Shown: in pieces, positions 18,696 through 28,119 of the stretch
Layout of the letters: each line of letters opens with the position of its first letter
Numbering within the stretch: position 1 is the first letter of the stretch
Origin: a bacterium
GTDB lineage: Bacteria > RBG-13-61-14 > DATKZS01
Direction: 5' to 3'
NCBI GenBank assembly: GCA_963674965.2
Contig: CAXXFL010000007.1
Location: 192,001-256,000, forward strand
DNA length: 64,000 bases
Notes under the pieces: model-generated
What the model was told of the DNA's origin: nothing
The model's input: the letters and a program-made list of their open reading frames with translations, nothing else
Database searches by the model: none
Translations under genes and position numbers: made by a program

Positions 18696-20326
18696 AGTCC
18701 ATTTTTGGCGTAGATTCGGAACCTGACCAGGCTGGTCCTTGTTACGCCGTCGTCCAAAGATTTCTCGGTTACGCTCCATCCGTCCAGTTCGGCCGCCAGG
18801 AAATACCCTCTCGCGAGTTTCTCAACTGGTTCGCCCTCCGGATTGAGAGCGGCGCGGTCGAAGGCCGAGTGCCCAATTATGGTCCCGTCCTTGAACTCGT
18901 GGGCCATGACCACCAGGTAGTTCGGTTTCGAGTCGAGGACGTAATCCAGGTCGGCGTCCATTCCCGCCGCGCCGGGACGGGAGGCAAGGTAGCGGTCCAC
19001 CAGTCCGTTGACGTCGAGTATCCGGTCGACGTCGGTCACGAACCCGATGTAGCCTATGTCGCCGCAGGCGATAAGGTCGGAGCGCTCCGCGTGAAGCAGG
19101 AGCCAGGAGGCCGCCGGCCCATACCACTTGGCCTGCGACCCGTGCCAGGCGCCGGATTCCAGGTCCTTTAGCTCCAGCTTTTTGAGGGGAGTCCATTCAC
19201 CGGTAAGGACCGTCATCAGGGTCGCCAAAACCAGGACGGGAAGCCTGAACCGGGAAAGGAAAGGAGAGTATTTTTCAGACCCGGCTTCTTCCCCCTCGCT
19301 CGCTTTATAAGGCATAACGGCGATAAAGCCGGTCCCGATCACGACGGGGAGGACGTGCATAATAAAGCGGTAGTCCGGCATGAAGTCCCCACCGGCGTAG
19401 ACTATAAAGCCCGCGTAAAGAACGAGCAGAAAAAAGGGGGCCTTGGTCCATGTCCATTTATCCGGGTTTTTCTTGTCCAAGGCCGCGAGAACGGCCCCAA
19501 GCATGAGGGTCGCGAAAGCAGGCCAATATCGAATCGCGGCGTGGATCGAATATTTCAATCCCACCAACGCCCCAGGAAGACCCAGTCCCGTTTTGGCGTA
19601 AAAGGTATTGGGCACGAGCGAGTGAAAGTGGAGAAGTCGAAAGACCGTATAGGCCGCGAAGGGCGCGGCGAAAAAAATGCCCGCCCAGAAAACGATCGCT
19701 TTTTTATCGCCTTTCGAGGAGGTCGCGTGCGCGATGAAAACGGCCGCGGGCGCGAGCAGACCGTCGGGCCGCGCAAGACAGGCGATAAAGGACAATAGAT
19801 ACGGCCAGGGACCGGGCCGGCGAGGATTGCAGGAGGCGACGGCGGCCATGGCTAAAGCCGCGAACATGGCGGTTTCAAGTCCCCGCGTGGACCACGCCGC
19901 AAAGTAGACACAAACGCCAAGGCAAAAGGCGGCAAGGGCGCCGGCGATTCTCGAGCCGGTCCTTGCCCTCACCCATACGCCCAGGATCAATATGGAAGCC
20001 AGCGACGATACGCCGCCCATCACGGCCGCCGTGACTCGAGGATGAACGTTCCTTTTAAAGCCCTCGGCCATGCCCATGACCCAGAGGAAGTTCGAGTAGC
20101 CCTCGACGGGGTCGGCCCCCGCCGGGGCCCTGTTGTATCTGAGGCCCTGTCCCGCGGCCAGGTTGCTCGCGTATCGGGCCGAAATCATGGCGTCGTCGCA
20201 AAGGTCCCGGGCAAAGGAAAACAAAAGCCCGGCGTGTATTACGCAAGGGCCCGCCAGGGCGGCCAGGAATATAATTTCCATCGCCCATTTCCAGGCCCGT
20301 CCTCTTAAATTTTTCTTTTTACTCAC
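18671..20326 (-). CDS. Polytopic membrane glycosyltransferase, GT-C fold (AftB/arabinofuranosyltransferase-like)
   Basis: DDAMISARYASNLAAGQGLRYN, VEGYSNFLW, GLET, LARPDG, PNTFYAK, GGDFMPDYRF, IGYIGF...DVNGLVD; many TM helices. Its 3' end overlaps thiD by 25 bp. Confidence 0.65.
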   Translation of the reverse strand: MSKKKNLRGRAWKWAMEIIFLAALAGPCVIHAGLLFSFARDLCDDAMISARYASNLAAGQGLRYNRAPAGADPVEGYSNFLWVMGMAEGFKRNVHPRVTAAVMGGVSSLASILILGVWVRARTGSRIAGALAAFCLGVCVYFAAWSTRGLETAMFAALAMAAVASCNPRRPGPWPYLLSFIACLARPDGLLAPAAVFIAHATSSKGDKKAIVFWAGIFFAAPFAAYTVFRLLHFHSLVPNTFYAKTGLGLPGALVGLKYSIHAAIRYWPAFATLMLGAVLAALDKKNPDKWTWTKAPFFLLVLYAGFIVYAGGDFMPDYRFIMHVLPVVIGTGFIAVMPYKASEGEEAGSEKYSPFLSRFRLPVLVLATLMTVLTGEWTPLKKLELKDLESGAWHGSQAKWYGPAASWLLLHAERSDLIACGDIGYIGFVTDVDRILDVNGLVDRYLASRPGAAGMDADLDYVLDSKPNYLVVMAHEFKDGTIIGHSAFDRAALNPEGEPVEKLARGYFLAAELDGWSVTEKSLDDGVTRTSLVRFRIYAKNGLQGRKSRI

Positions 20327-20529
20327 GCCGCCTTATCCTTCATATGCCGGATACCCGGCTTAAGAAAGATATCAACCATGCCCGGCGGCGTCAATCGGGG
20401 GTTTTTGCCTCGCCAAAAATATTAGAAGAAATTAATTTTTACCATTGAACCTTTCCCTCCTCCGTGCTATCTCTTAATCTGACGATTCCGTTAAACCATA
20501 TAAAACGCATCTTGAGAAGGAACGACGCA

Positions 20530-22044
20530 ATGAAACGATTATTGACTTTTCTTGGCCTTTCAATTTTCCTTTTTTCTTCTTGTCCAGCCTTTTCCGAGGA
20601 AGGGCGCTTCGAGAAGTTCTCTTTCAACGTCAAGGGCAGGATAGACGACGTTATCACCGACGACCTTGACGGCGACGGCTTAAAGGACCTGACCGTGATC
20701 CATATTGACCGCAACTCCGACCCGCCCGCGAGGTACGTCACGATTTACCTCCAGGACAAGGAAAAAGGCTTCCCTTCCTCGGGGATAAGGTGGGACGTAC
20801 CCGACCAGGTCTCGGCTATAGACGCGGGCGACGTTTCGGCCGACGAGGGCAAGGAACTGGTTTTCATCACCGAGAAGGGCGTTTCCTATTCGCACGTGGA
20901 GGGGGGCAAGATCACCTCGCTCCAGGAGATGTTCGAGGTCCAGTCGGTGGTGGCCATCACCTTCGAAGGCGGCCTTCCCTACTATAATTTCGTCAAGGAC
21001 TACACGGGCGACGGCAAGGACGACGTCCTGGTGGTGGGCTTTTACGAGGCCGTGCTGGCCAAGCAGGGCGCCGACTATTCTTTCTCGAGCCATAATTTCC
21101 GACTTCGGCCGGGCATTAACATAGAAGCCTGGGATAACGATATAATAGCGGCCGAGAGCGAGCATCCCATGCTTCGCGTGAGCTATTTCGTTCCCCGCGT
21201 TTATTCACTGGACGCCAACTCGGACGGGCTGGTGGACCTTATCGCCAATTACAACAACGAGATATACGTGTATTACCAGGAGCCCGACGGGTTCACCTAT
21301 AACCCGGCCAAACACTATCGCGTCCGGCTTTTCAAGGACTCCTCAAAGGACAGGAGCAGGGGTAGGAACCAGCCTCAAATCGACTTCCACGACTTTGACA
21401 ATGACGGCAAATTCGACGTGGTTGCCCATAAGGTAATGGGGGACATCGGCAACCTGGAGTCCCGCACGGTCCTTTTTTACGGCAAGTCGGGAGGACTCGA
21501 GCATAATAAGCCGGACCTCGAGTTCAAGCCCGGCAAGATGGTCCTTACCTACCACGTGGCCGACATGAACAAGGACGGAAGGGAGGACCTGATCTTACCC
21601 ACCATGGACCTTAACCTTCTCACGGTGGCCAAGGTGTTCGTGACCAGCGAGATCAACTTCGAGTACACCTTCTATCTGGCCAGGGAGGACGGGACCTTCA
21701 ACTCCAAGCCGGACCGAACGGCCAAGGCCAACATCAAGTTCGCCATTACCAAGTTCAAGTTCGAGCACGGATTTCCCAACATCTTCGGGGACTACAACGG
21801 GGACGGCTACCCCGACCTGGTGGCGGGGGAGGAGCCCAACAAGCTCGTCATCACGCTTAAGGACGGGGAAGGACAGCCGCTGGGCATGAAAGAGGCGATC
21901 GACGTACCCGTGGCGCTCATCACCCGTCCGGTGGACATGAACCAGGACGGTTACACGGACCTGGTGTTCTTCTACCAGGAGACGCTCGATTATCCGGGCG
22001 TGCTCCACGTCTTCATGAACAAAGGCAACTGGACCGCGGAATAA
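20530..22044 (+). CDS. Secreted FG-GAP/VCBS repeat beta-propeller protein
   Basis: Signal peptide MKRLLTFLGLSIFLFSSCPAFS from ATG 20530; repeated DLDGDGLKDL, DYTGDGKDDV, DANSDGLVDL, DFDNDGKFDV, DMNKDGREDL, DYNGDGYPDL, DMNQDGYTDL. Confidence 0.8.
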   Translation: MKRLLTFLGLSIFLFSSCPAFSEEGRFEKFSFNVKGRIDDVITDDLDGDGLKDLTVIHIDRNSDPPARYVTIYLQDKEKGFPSSGIRWDVPDQVSAIDAGDVSADEGKELVFITEKGVSYSHVEGGKITSLQEMFEVQSVVAITFEGGLPYYNFVKDYTGDGKDDVLVVGFYEAVLAKQGADYSFSSHNFRLRPGINIEAWDNDIIAAESEHPMLRVSYFVPRVYSLDANSDGLVDLIANYNNEIYVYYQEPDGFTYNPAKHYRVRLFKDSSKDRSRGRNQPQIDFHDFDNDGKFDVVAHKVMGDIGNLESRTVLFYGKSGGLEHNKPDLEFKPGKMVLTYHVADMNKDGREDLILPTMDLNLLTVAKVFVTSEINFEYTFYLAREDGTFNSKPDRTAKANIKFAITKFKFEHGFPNIFGDYNGDGYPDLVAGEEPNKLVITLKDGEGQPLGMKEAIDVPVALITRPVDMNQDGYTDLVFFYQETLDYPGVLHVFMNKGNWTAE

Positions 22045-22111
22045 TTCCAATCTAACTCGAGCCCATGAGGCCTCTTTTGTTTACCCTCCTATGATGGGCA
22101 AGGCGCTTTTT

Positions 22112-22140
22112 TTGCCTTCAAGGCGCGCTCTTATTAAAAT
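22112..22140 (+). promoter_or_regulatory. Putative sigma70-type promoter
   Basis: TTGCCT-N17-TAAAAT, 22 nt upstream of ATG 22163. Confidence 0.5.
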
Positions 22141-22162
22141 CAGTCCATAAGGACAACCGCAT

Positions 22163-23554
22163 ATGACCGACCGCGCCGATCTAAAAAACTTTTTCGAGCC
22201 CAGGGGAGTGGTAATCGTGGGCGCTCCCAGAAAGCCGGGCTTCGGGCACAACGTGCCTCTTTCCCTCGCCAGGCAGGGATGGGGCGACCGGCTATGGCTC
22301 GTGAATCCCGCCGGTGGAGAGCTTCACGGGTTCACCCTGCATAAAAGCCTCGACTCGGTACCGCCCAAGGTGGATCTTGCCGTTACCATGGTCCCGGCAA
22401 GGATCACTCCGCGAACCATCGATGAAATCGGGAAGCGCGGCATAAGAAACGCGATCGTCGAGAGCGCCGGGTTCGCCGAAACGGGCGAGGAAGGGACGAG
22501 GCTCCAATCGGAACTGCTCGAGGCCGCCCGGGAGCACGGCGTAAGGATTATCGGCCCCAATTGCGTGGGCGTCATCAACTCGTCGAACCGCTTCTCGACG
22601 GTGGAAGTCGTCGAGGAGGCCCTTACCCCCGGCGGCCTGGGCATCATCGCCCAAAGCGGGGCCTTTGGCAACGTTCTCCTTGACGGCCTCCACGAGGAGG
22701 GCCTTTTCATATCCAAGGCCGTCACTCTGGGTAACAAGATCGACGTGAACGAGCTTGACGCGCTCGAGTACCTTCGCGAGGACAAGGAAACCAGGGCGAT
22801 CATGATGTACCTGGAGGGCGCGAATGACGGGCTTGCCCTGGTCCAGACCCTGAGAGAGGTCACGAGGGAAAAGCCGGTCATGATTCTGAAAAGTGGACGC
22901 ACCGAGACTGGCAGGGCGGCCACCTCCTCCCATACGGGGTCCATGTCCGGGGCCGACGAGCTTTACGACGCGGCCTTTTCCCAGGGCGGGGCCGTTCGGG
23001 CGGAAGGTCTTTCAGACCTGGTGAACATGGCCCGGGTTTTCGCCACCCAGCCGGCGCCCGCCGGAAAACGCCTGGCCGTGATCACCTCGAGCGGAAGCCT
23101 GGGAGCGCTCGCGGCCGACGCGGCGGTCAAGGCTGGACTCGAGCTGCCCCCCCTATCCGGGGCGACCCTCGAGAAAGTTAGGCGGATTGCCCCCGCCTGG
23201 ATGAACTTCAAGAACCCCCTCGACGTGGGCCCATCCGGGACCTTCGCCCGGGCCATCGAGGCGCTGGCCGCCGACGATAACGTTGACATGCTGATAGCCG
23301 TGACCATAATTCCCTATTCCGTATTCAGGGAGGCAAGGCCACTGGGGCTGACCGGGGCCGCGTGGTTTGGACAAATCGAGAAGATAAGAAAAGCTTTCCC
23401 CCAAAAGCCCATGGCCCTGGTGGTGATGGGCGCGCGGGAGTTCGCGGCTCACATGCGATCCGTCGCGGGACCGGCGGTCCCCGTCTTCAGCGGCCCTGAG
23501 GAGGCGGCCCACGCGATGGCCTCCTTATGGAAGTTTTACTCCAGGCAAGGCTGA
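22163..23554 (+). CDS. Acyl-CoA synthetase (ADP-forming) alpha subunit / CoA-binding protein
   Basis: FFEPRGVVIVGA, SAGFAETG, IIGPNCVG, AQSGAF, LGNKIDV, YLEG, KSGRT...SSHTGS (phospho-His), NPLDV. Confidence 0.85.
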   Translation: MTDRADLKNFFEPRGVVIVGAPRKPGFGHNVPLSLARQGWGDRLWLVNPAGGELHGFTLHKSLDSVPPKVDLAVTMVPARITPRTIDEIGKRGIRNAIVESAGFAETGEEGTRLQSELLEAAREHGVRIIGPNCVGVINSSNRFSTVEVVEEALTPGGLGIIAQSGAFGNVLLDGLHEEGLFISKAVTLGNKIDVNELDALEYLREDKETRAIMMYLEGANDGLALVQTLREVTREKPVMILKSGRTETGRAATSSHTGSMSGADELYDAAFSQGGAVRAEGLSDLVNMARVFATQPAPAGKRLAVITSSGSLGALAADAAVKAGLELPPLSGATLEKVRRIAPAWMNFKNPLDVGPSGTFARAIEALAADDNVDMLIAVTIIPYSVFREARPLGLTGAAWFGQIEKIRKAFPQKPMALVVMGAREFAAHMRSVAGPAVPVFSGPEEAAHAMASLWKFYSRQG

Positions 23555-23564
23555 GAAGACGCTG

Positions 23565-24545
23565 ATGGCCAGACGCATAGCAATACCGATCGCGCTTTTA
23601 GCGGGCCTACTTTTATGCGCGCCGCTTCTAGCGGGACTTATCGTGGATAATAGGAGAGTCGAGGCCAGGGGAGCCAAGCTCGTTAAGGTAAATCTTCACA
23701 AGCAAAGGGGAGTCCTGATCGTCTCGGGAGGCGCGGAGACCCTCATGGACGCGAGCTTCCGGTTCGACCGCGAGATATGGAGGCCCATCGTGGACTACGC
23801 CGTGGGAACCGACAAGGTGGGAAATCTGACGGTAAGACAGCCGACCTCCTTCGTCACCCCGCCCGGCGAGGGCCAAAACGAGTGGGACATAAGACTTTCT
23901 CCCGACTTGCCCATGGACCTTTTTATCGACTCGTCCAGCGGCGCCAACGTTCTCGACCTGGGAGGGATCGACCTGGCTCTATTCAGGCTCGAGGGCTCGA
24001 GCGGCAAAGTGGACCTCAGCCTGCCGGGCCGTTTTCCCTCCATGGGAAAGATAAGGGTCACGGCCTCAAGCGGCAACATCGATTTCGACGCGCCCGGCGA
24101 TTATCCGAGTCTCGAGTCGATCAGGATCAGGTCCTCAAGCGGATCGATAAATTTCAGTCTCACCGGAAAAACGGGAAGCTATGTTGACCTGGTGACGGAC
24201 TCGAGCAGCGGAGAGACCAGCCTCAACTTCACCGGGGAGTACGAAAAAGGGGCGAATTTCCTTATCGACGCCTCGAGTGGGCCGATCAAAATGGACCTGA
24301 CGGGAAAATGGAAGGGAGACCTCACCGCCAGGATCGAGGCAAGCTCGAGCCCGGTAACCGTATACCTTCCCGTGGACGTGGGTCTTCGCGTACTGGCCAG
24401 CTCTTCCTCGGGCGAGGTCAAAGCCGACGGTTTCATCGCCAATGAAGACGAGTACGTCAACACCCAATACGGCAAATCGGACGTGAACTTGAAATTGAAG
24501 ATCACGACCTCGAGCGGGCCGATCAAGTTATATCTGACCGAGTAA
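23565..24545 (+). CDS. Secreted toast-rack / DUF4097-like beta-strand repeat protein
   Basis: Signal peptide; NEWDIRLSPDLPMDL; repeated [D/A]SSSG-x-hydrophobic beta units; VYLPVDVGLRV...YVNTQYG. Confidence 0.65.
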   Translation: MARRIAIPIALLAGLLLCAPLLAGLIVDNRRVEARGAKLVKVNLHKQRGVLIVSGGAETLMDASFRFDREIWRPIVDYAVGTDKVGNLTVRQPTSFVTPPGEGQNEWDIRLSPDLPMDLFIDSSSGANVLDLGGIDLALFRLEGSSGKVDLSLPGRFPSMGKIRVTASSGNIDFDAPGDYPSLESIRIRSSSGSINFSLTGKTGSYVDLVTDSSSGETSLNFTGEYEKGANFLIDASSGPIKMDLTGKWKGDLTARIEASSSPVTVYLPVDVGLRVLASSSSGEVKADGFIANEDEYVNTQYGKSDVNLKLKITTSSGPIKLYLTE

Positions 24546-24585
24546 GGAACTCTTTCCTTTTACGAGACCTTTCCGTCCATGGGTT

Positions 24586-25323
24586 TCAGATGGTCTTTTC
24601 GACCTTCGGGGCCGTTTGGGCCTCTCTCATCTTTTTGATCTCCTCGAGTTGGGCCTTGGCCGAGGCCATGCGGGACTCCTTGCGGATTTCCTTGATCTTG
24701 TCCTGAAGCGACCTGTCCTGGGTTTCCTTGTTGGCCTCGATCTCGGCGGACAGCTTGTCTATGCGCTGCCTAACGTTCTCGAGGGCCCTCATGTCCGCCT
24801 CGGGGGACATGCGGTCAAGCTGGCGCATGATCGCTCGCCTGGCCTCGAGGGTCGCCAGCCGGGCCAGGGCCTGCTCCTTCTCCCTGCGCAATCTCTCGAT
24901 CTCGCCCTGGAAGTCAACCAGGCTTCGCTTGGCCTCCTCCGCCTCGATCTTGGTGTGCTCGAGTTCGCCCTTCAATCGAGATATCTCAGCCTCGAGGTCG
25001 TCCTTTTTCTCGATCAGTATAAGGGCCACCTCGTCCTCGCCCTTGTCGACCGCCACCATGACCTGCTCTTGGAGGGAAGCCAGTTCCTTGTTCTTCTGCT
25101 CCAGCTCCGAGGCCAGCTTGTTGCGAAGATACACGATGCCGGCCACGGCCTTCTTTAGACTCTCGTACTGATTTAGCCTCTCTTGTATGGCCGACTCGTA
25201 AACCGCCTCGGGGTTGCTCTCCTCCTTGCGGCCGATCCAGCCGGACCAAAGGCCCCTCCAAAGATTCATTAACCTCGCAAAAAAACCCTCGTTTGCCATT
25301 CGAGTCACCTCCTCCAGGTTCAT
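24586..25323 (-). CDS. PspA/IM30 family protein
   Basis: GFFARLMNL, ESNPEAVYESAI, AVDKGEDEVA, long coiled coils, terminal AQLEEIKK. An alternative start at 25299 is possible. Confidence 0.8.
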   Translation of the reverse strand: MNLEEVTRMANEGFFARLMNLWRGLWSGWIGRKEESNPEAVYESAIQERLNQYESLKKAVAGIVYLRNKLASELEQKNKELASLQEQVMVAVDKGEDEVALILIEKKDDLEAEISRLKGELEHTKIEAEEAKRSLVDFQGEIERLRREKEQALARLATLEARRAIMRQLDRMSPEADMRALENVRQRIDKLSAEIEANKETQDRSLQDKIKEIRKESRMASAKAQLEEIKKMREAQTAPKVEKTI

Positions 25324-25425
25324 CCTGGAATATAGCCTCTTTATGCGCGACGGTCAACGGATAAACCGAGTTAATATTTGATTCGAAATCGAGGGAGAGA
25401 GCGCTTTTCCCGTATTGGGCCTACG

Positions 25426-25434
25426 TGCTATATT
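25426..25434 (+). promoter_or_regulatory. Extended -10 promoter for ychF (probably leaderless)
   Basis: TGcTATATT ending 6 nt before ATG 25441; no SD. Confidence 0.45.
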
Positions 25435-25440
25435 AAAACA

Positions 25441-26541
25441 ATGGGATACAAATGCGGCATCGTGGGACTTCCCAACGTGGGCAAGTCCACCATTTTCAAC
25501 GCCTTGACCGGGGCGGGAGCGCCGGCGGAGAACTATCCCTTTTGCACCACGTCTCCTCACGTGGGCGTGGCCGTTCCCCACGACGAGAGGCTCGAGGAAC
25601 TCGCGAGGCTTCTCGGTCCCGAAAGGGTCGTGCCCTCGATCGTCGAGTTCGTCGACATAGCCGGCCTGGTCAAGGGGGCCTCCCGCGGGGAGGGCATGGG
25701 GAACGAGTTTCTCGACAACGTGAGAAACGTGGACGCCGTCGCCCACGTCGTGAGGTGCTTCGAGGATAAATCCATAAGCTTTCACGAGTCGGTAAGCGGG
25801 GTGGACCCGGTCCGCGACGCGGAGATAATCGAGTTCGAGCTTTTACAAAAGGACCTGGAGTGGACCGAGCGTAGAAAGGAAAAAGCCTCGAAGCTCCTTA
25901 GAACGGGCGATAAAAGCCTTAAAAAGGAAATAGAGCTTTACGAGCGCATGGAGGCGTGGCTTAATCGGGAAAAGCCCCTGTCCGCCATGGAGTACGCGGA
26001 GGAGGAGTTGTCCATCCTAAGGGAGATGGGCCCCCTTACCATGAAGCCCATGTTCTACGTGGCCAACCTGGGAGAGGAGGCCCTGAGCGGAGCTTCACAA
26101 TATCTTGAGGCTCTCGAGGGCCACGCGGCAAAAAGGAACTCGATCGTCATTCCTTTTCACGCCAACCTCGAGGCTGAACTGGCCGAGTTGGAGGAAGGCG
26201 AGCGCGAGGCCTTTCGAGCGGAAATGGGACTTTCCCGCGACGGGGTCGCCGACCTGGCGGTGGCCGGCCAGGAATCCCTCGGGCTGGTGACCTTTTACAC
26301 CAAGGTCGGTCCCGAGCTTAGAGCGTGGACCGTGCCCGCGGGAACGCCCGCGCCCAAGGCCGCCGGCGCGATTCACACCGACTTCGAGCGCGGCTTCATC
26401 AAGGCCGAGGTCGCCTCATTCGAGGATTTCTCCCGAGCCGGCTCTGAGGCCGAGGCCAGGAAAAAGGGGGCCCTGAGACAAGAGGGCAAGGACTACCTTA
26501 TTCGAGACGGCGACGTGGTAAGGTTCAAGTTCAACGTATAA
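25441..26541 (+). CDS. ychF: Redox-regulated ribosome-binding ATPase YchF
   Basis: CGIVGLPNVGKSTIFNAL, NYPFCT, FVDIAGLVKGASRGEGMGNEFL, AAGAIHTDFERGFI, EGKDY...DGDVVRFKFNV. Confidence 0.96.
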   Translation: MGYKCGIVGLPNVGKSTIFNALTGAGAPAENYPFCTTSPHVGVAVPHDERLEELARLLGPERVVPSIVEFVDIAGLVKGASRGEGMGNEFLDNVRNVDAVAHVVRCFEDKSISFHESVSGVDPVRDAEIIEFELLQKDLEWTERRKEKASKLLRTGDKSLKKEIELYERMEAWLNREKPLSAMEYAEEELSILREMGPLTMKPMFYVANLGEEALSGASQYLEALEGHAAKRNSIVIPFHANLEAELAELEEGEREAFRAEMGLSRDGVADLAVAGQESLGLVTFYTKVGPELRAWTVPAGTPAPKAAGAIHTDFERGFIKAEVASFEDFSRAGSEAEARKKGALRQEGKDYLIRDGDVVRFKFNV

Positions 26542-26547
26542 AGACGA

Positions 26548-26731
26548 TCTTCTTGCATAAGTCCTTTTCTTGGCGGCATAGCCGCTTTGGAGCGCTCTCG
26601 CTTGAGACCGCTTTCGATGGCCTTGGCTTGACAAGGCCTAAAAATACAGCGGCTAGCCTCGCGTCAAGCCGCTCGGAAGAAAAGCGTCGTCGAGCCGCCG
26701 CACTCCAAAACGGGACTTTTACAAGAGGCTC
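26548..26731. repeat. Nested inverted-repeat intergenic element (REP/REPIN- or MITE-like)
   Basis: Outer IR TCTTGCATAAGTCC (26551-64) / GGACTTTTACAAGA (26713-26); inner IR TTTGGAG...CGCTTT (26586-614) / AAAGCG...CTCCAAA (26681-709); small hairpins inside. Confidence 0.6.
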
Positions 26732-26797
26732 AAGACGCAAATGGAACGAAAAAAGAAGCGTGATGAAAAACAAGCCGGATAAAAAGGAGCGCCGTTC

Positions 26798-28099
26798 ATG
26801 ATCCTTATCGCCGGGGCCGGCCTGGCCGGTCTTTCCGCCGCCTTTCACCTGGGGGACCGCGACTATCGCATTATCGACAAGAACGAGCGGGCCGGCGGAC
26901 TGTGCCGCACCGAAAAGGTCGGCGGCCAGCTTTTCGACTACGGCGGCCACCTGCTACACCTTCGCGGAGACGACGCTCGCTCGCTGGTCATGGAGTTGAT
27001 GGGGGATTCCCTGACTCTCCATGCAAGGAAATCGGCCATTTATTCGAGCGGGACCGTGACGCCCTACCCCTTCCAGGCCAACACCCACGGTCTTCCCCCC
27101 GAAGTCTCGCGCGATTGCCTGGTTGGTTTCGTCGAGGCCCTTTTAGCGGCGAGGGACGCCGAAAAGCCGGAGAACTTCAGGGACTGGATTCTATACTCCT
27201 TTGGCGAAGGCTTCGCCAGGCACTTCTTTTTCCCCTTTAACGAAAAATTCTTCAAAACGGACCTCAGGAACATTACAGACGAGTGGGTTTCATGGAGCAT
27301 TCCCAGGCCGAGTCTCCTCGAGGTGGTAAACGGGGCGCTGGGCATACAGGATAAAAGCTTCGGCTATAACGCCGAGTTCTATTATCCCGACCATGGGATC
27401 GAGGAACTGCCCAAGGCCATCGCCAGGGAGCTTCGACATCCCATCCAGGCGCGGGCCAGGCTGGTCGAGGTCCGACCAAAGGACGGGATCGCCGTCCTCG
27501 ACTCCGGCGAGGAGATAAAGTACGAGAAGCTCGTCTCGACCGTTCCCCTCGATGAACTGCTGGGCATGATAAAAGGGGCGTCCCCCATGGCGGGCGGGAG
27601 CCCGAGGGACCTGAAGTCCCTCTCCGTGTTCTGCGTCAACCTAGGGGTTTCCGGGCCTCCATTATCCGACCAGCACTGGATTTACATGCCCGGACCCGAG
27701 CAATCCTTTCACCGGATCGGCGTCTATTCCAACTTCATTCCCACCGAGCCCCTGATGAACACGCTTTACCTCGAGATCACCCTCCCCCGCGAGACGGCCG
27801 CCTCCATCAAGCCCGAGCTTCCCGCCCTTATGGACGAGGCGGTCGAGGCTTTGAAGGAAACGCCCTTTTGGGACGAGGATACGCATCGCGTGGAAATCCG
27901 GGACGCCATGCTCATCGAGCGCGGCTACGTGGTTTATGACGAGTATCGCAAGCGGGAACTGCCGGGGATTCTTTCCCGGCTGCGGGAAATGGATATCGAG
28001 CCGGCCGGCCGTTACGGCCTTTGGGAGTACTCGGCCATGGAGGACGCGATTCGAGAGGGAAGACTGGCGGCGCGGGCTTGCCAAAAACGGCGCGGATAA
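26798..28099 (+). CDS. FAD-dependent oxidoreductase (protoporphyrinogen oxidase / UDP-galactopyranose mutase-like superfamily)
   Basis: GAGLAGLSAA Rossmann motif, GGLCRT, FDYGGHLLH, YPFQ, GYNAEFYYP, GRYGLWEYSAMEDA; adjacent to a glycosyltransferase. Confidence 0.75.
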   Translation: MILIAGAGLAGLSAAFHLGDRDYRIIDKNERAGGLCRTEKVGGQLFDYGGHLLHLRGDDARSLVMELMGDSLTLHARKSAIYSSGTVTPYPFQANTHGLPPEVSRDCLVGFVEALLAARDAEKPENFRDWILYSFGEGFARHFFFPFNEKFFKTDLRNITDEWVSWSIPRPSLLEVVNGALGIQDKSFGYNAEFYYPDHGIEELPKAIARELRHPIQARARLVEVRPKDGIAVLDSGEEIKYEKLVSTVPLDELLGMIKGASPMAGGSPRDLKSLSVFCVNLGVSGPPLSDQHWIYMPGPEQSFHRIGVYSNFIPTEPLMNTLYLEITLPRETAASIKPELPALMDEAVEALKETPFWDEDTHRVEIRDAMLIERGYVVYDEYRKRELPGILSRLREMDIEPAGRYGLWEYSAMEDAIREGRLAARACQKRRG

Positions 28100-28119
28100 T
28101 ACCGCGTGGAGGTTTTAGT

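Noticed and set aside
22163-23554. Acyl-CoA synthetase alpha subunit with no adjacent beta/ATP-grasp subunit
   Set aside because: Multiple alpha paralogues sharing a distant beta subunit are common in anaerobes.
26798-28099. Calling the FAD oxidoreductase hemY/hemG or glf
   Set aside because: Motifs support only the superfamily; the glycosyltransferase context argues against haem synthesis, and a mutase function cannot be confirmed by eye.
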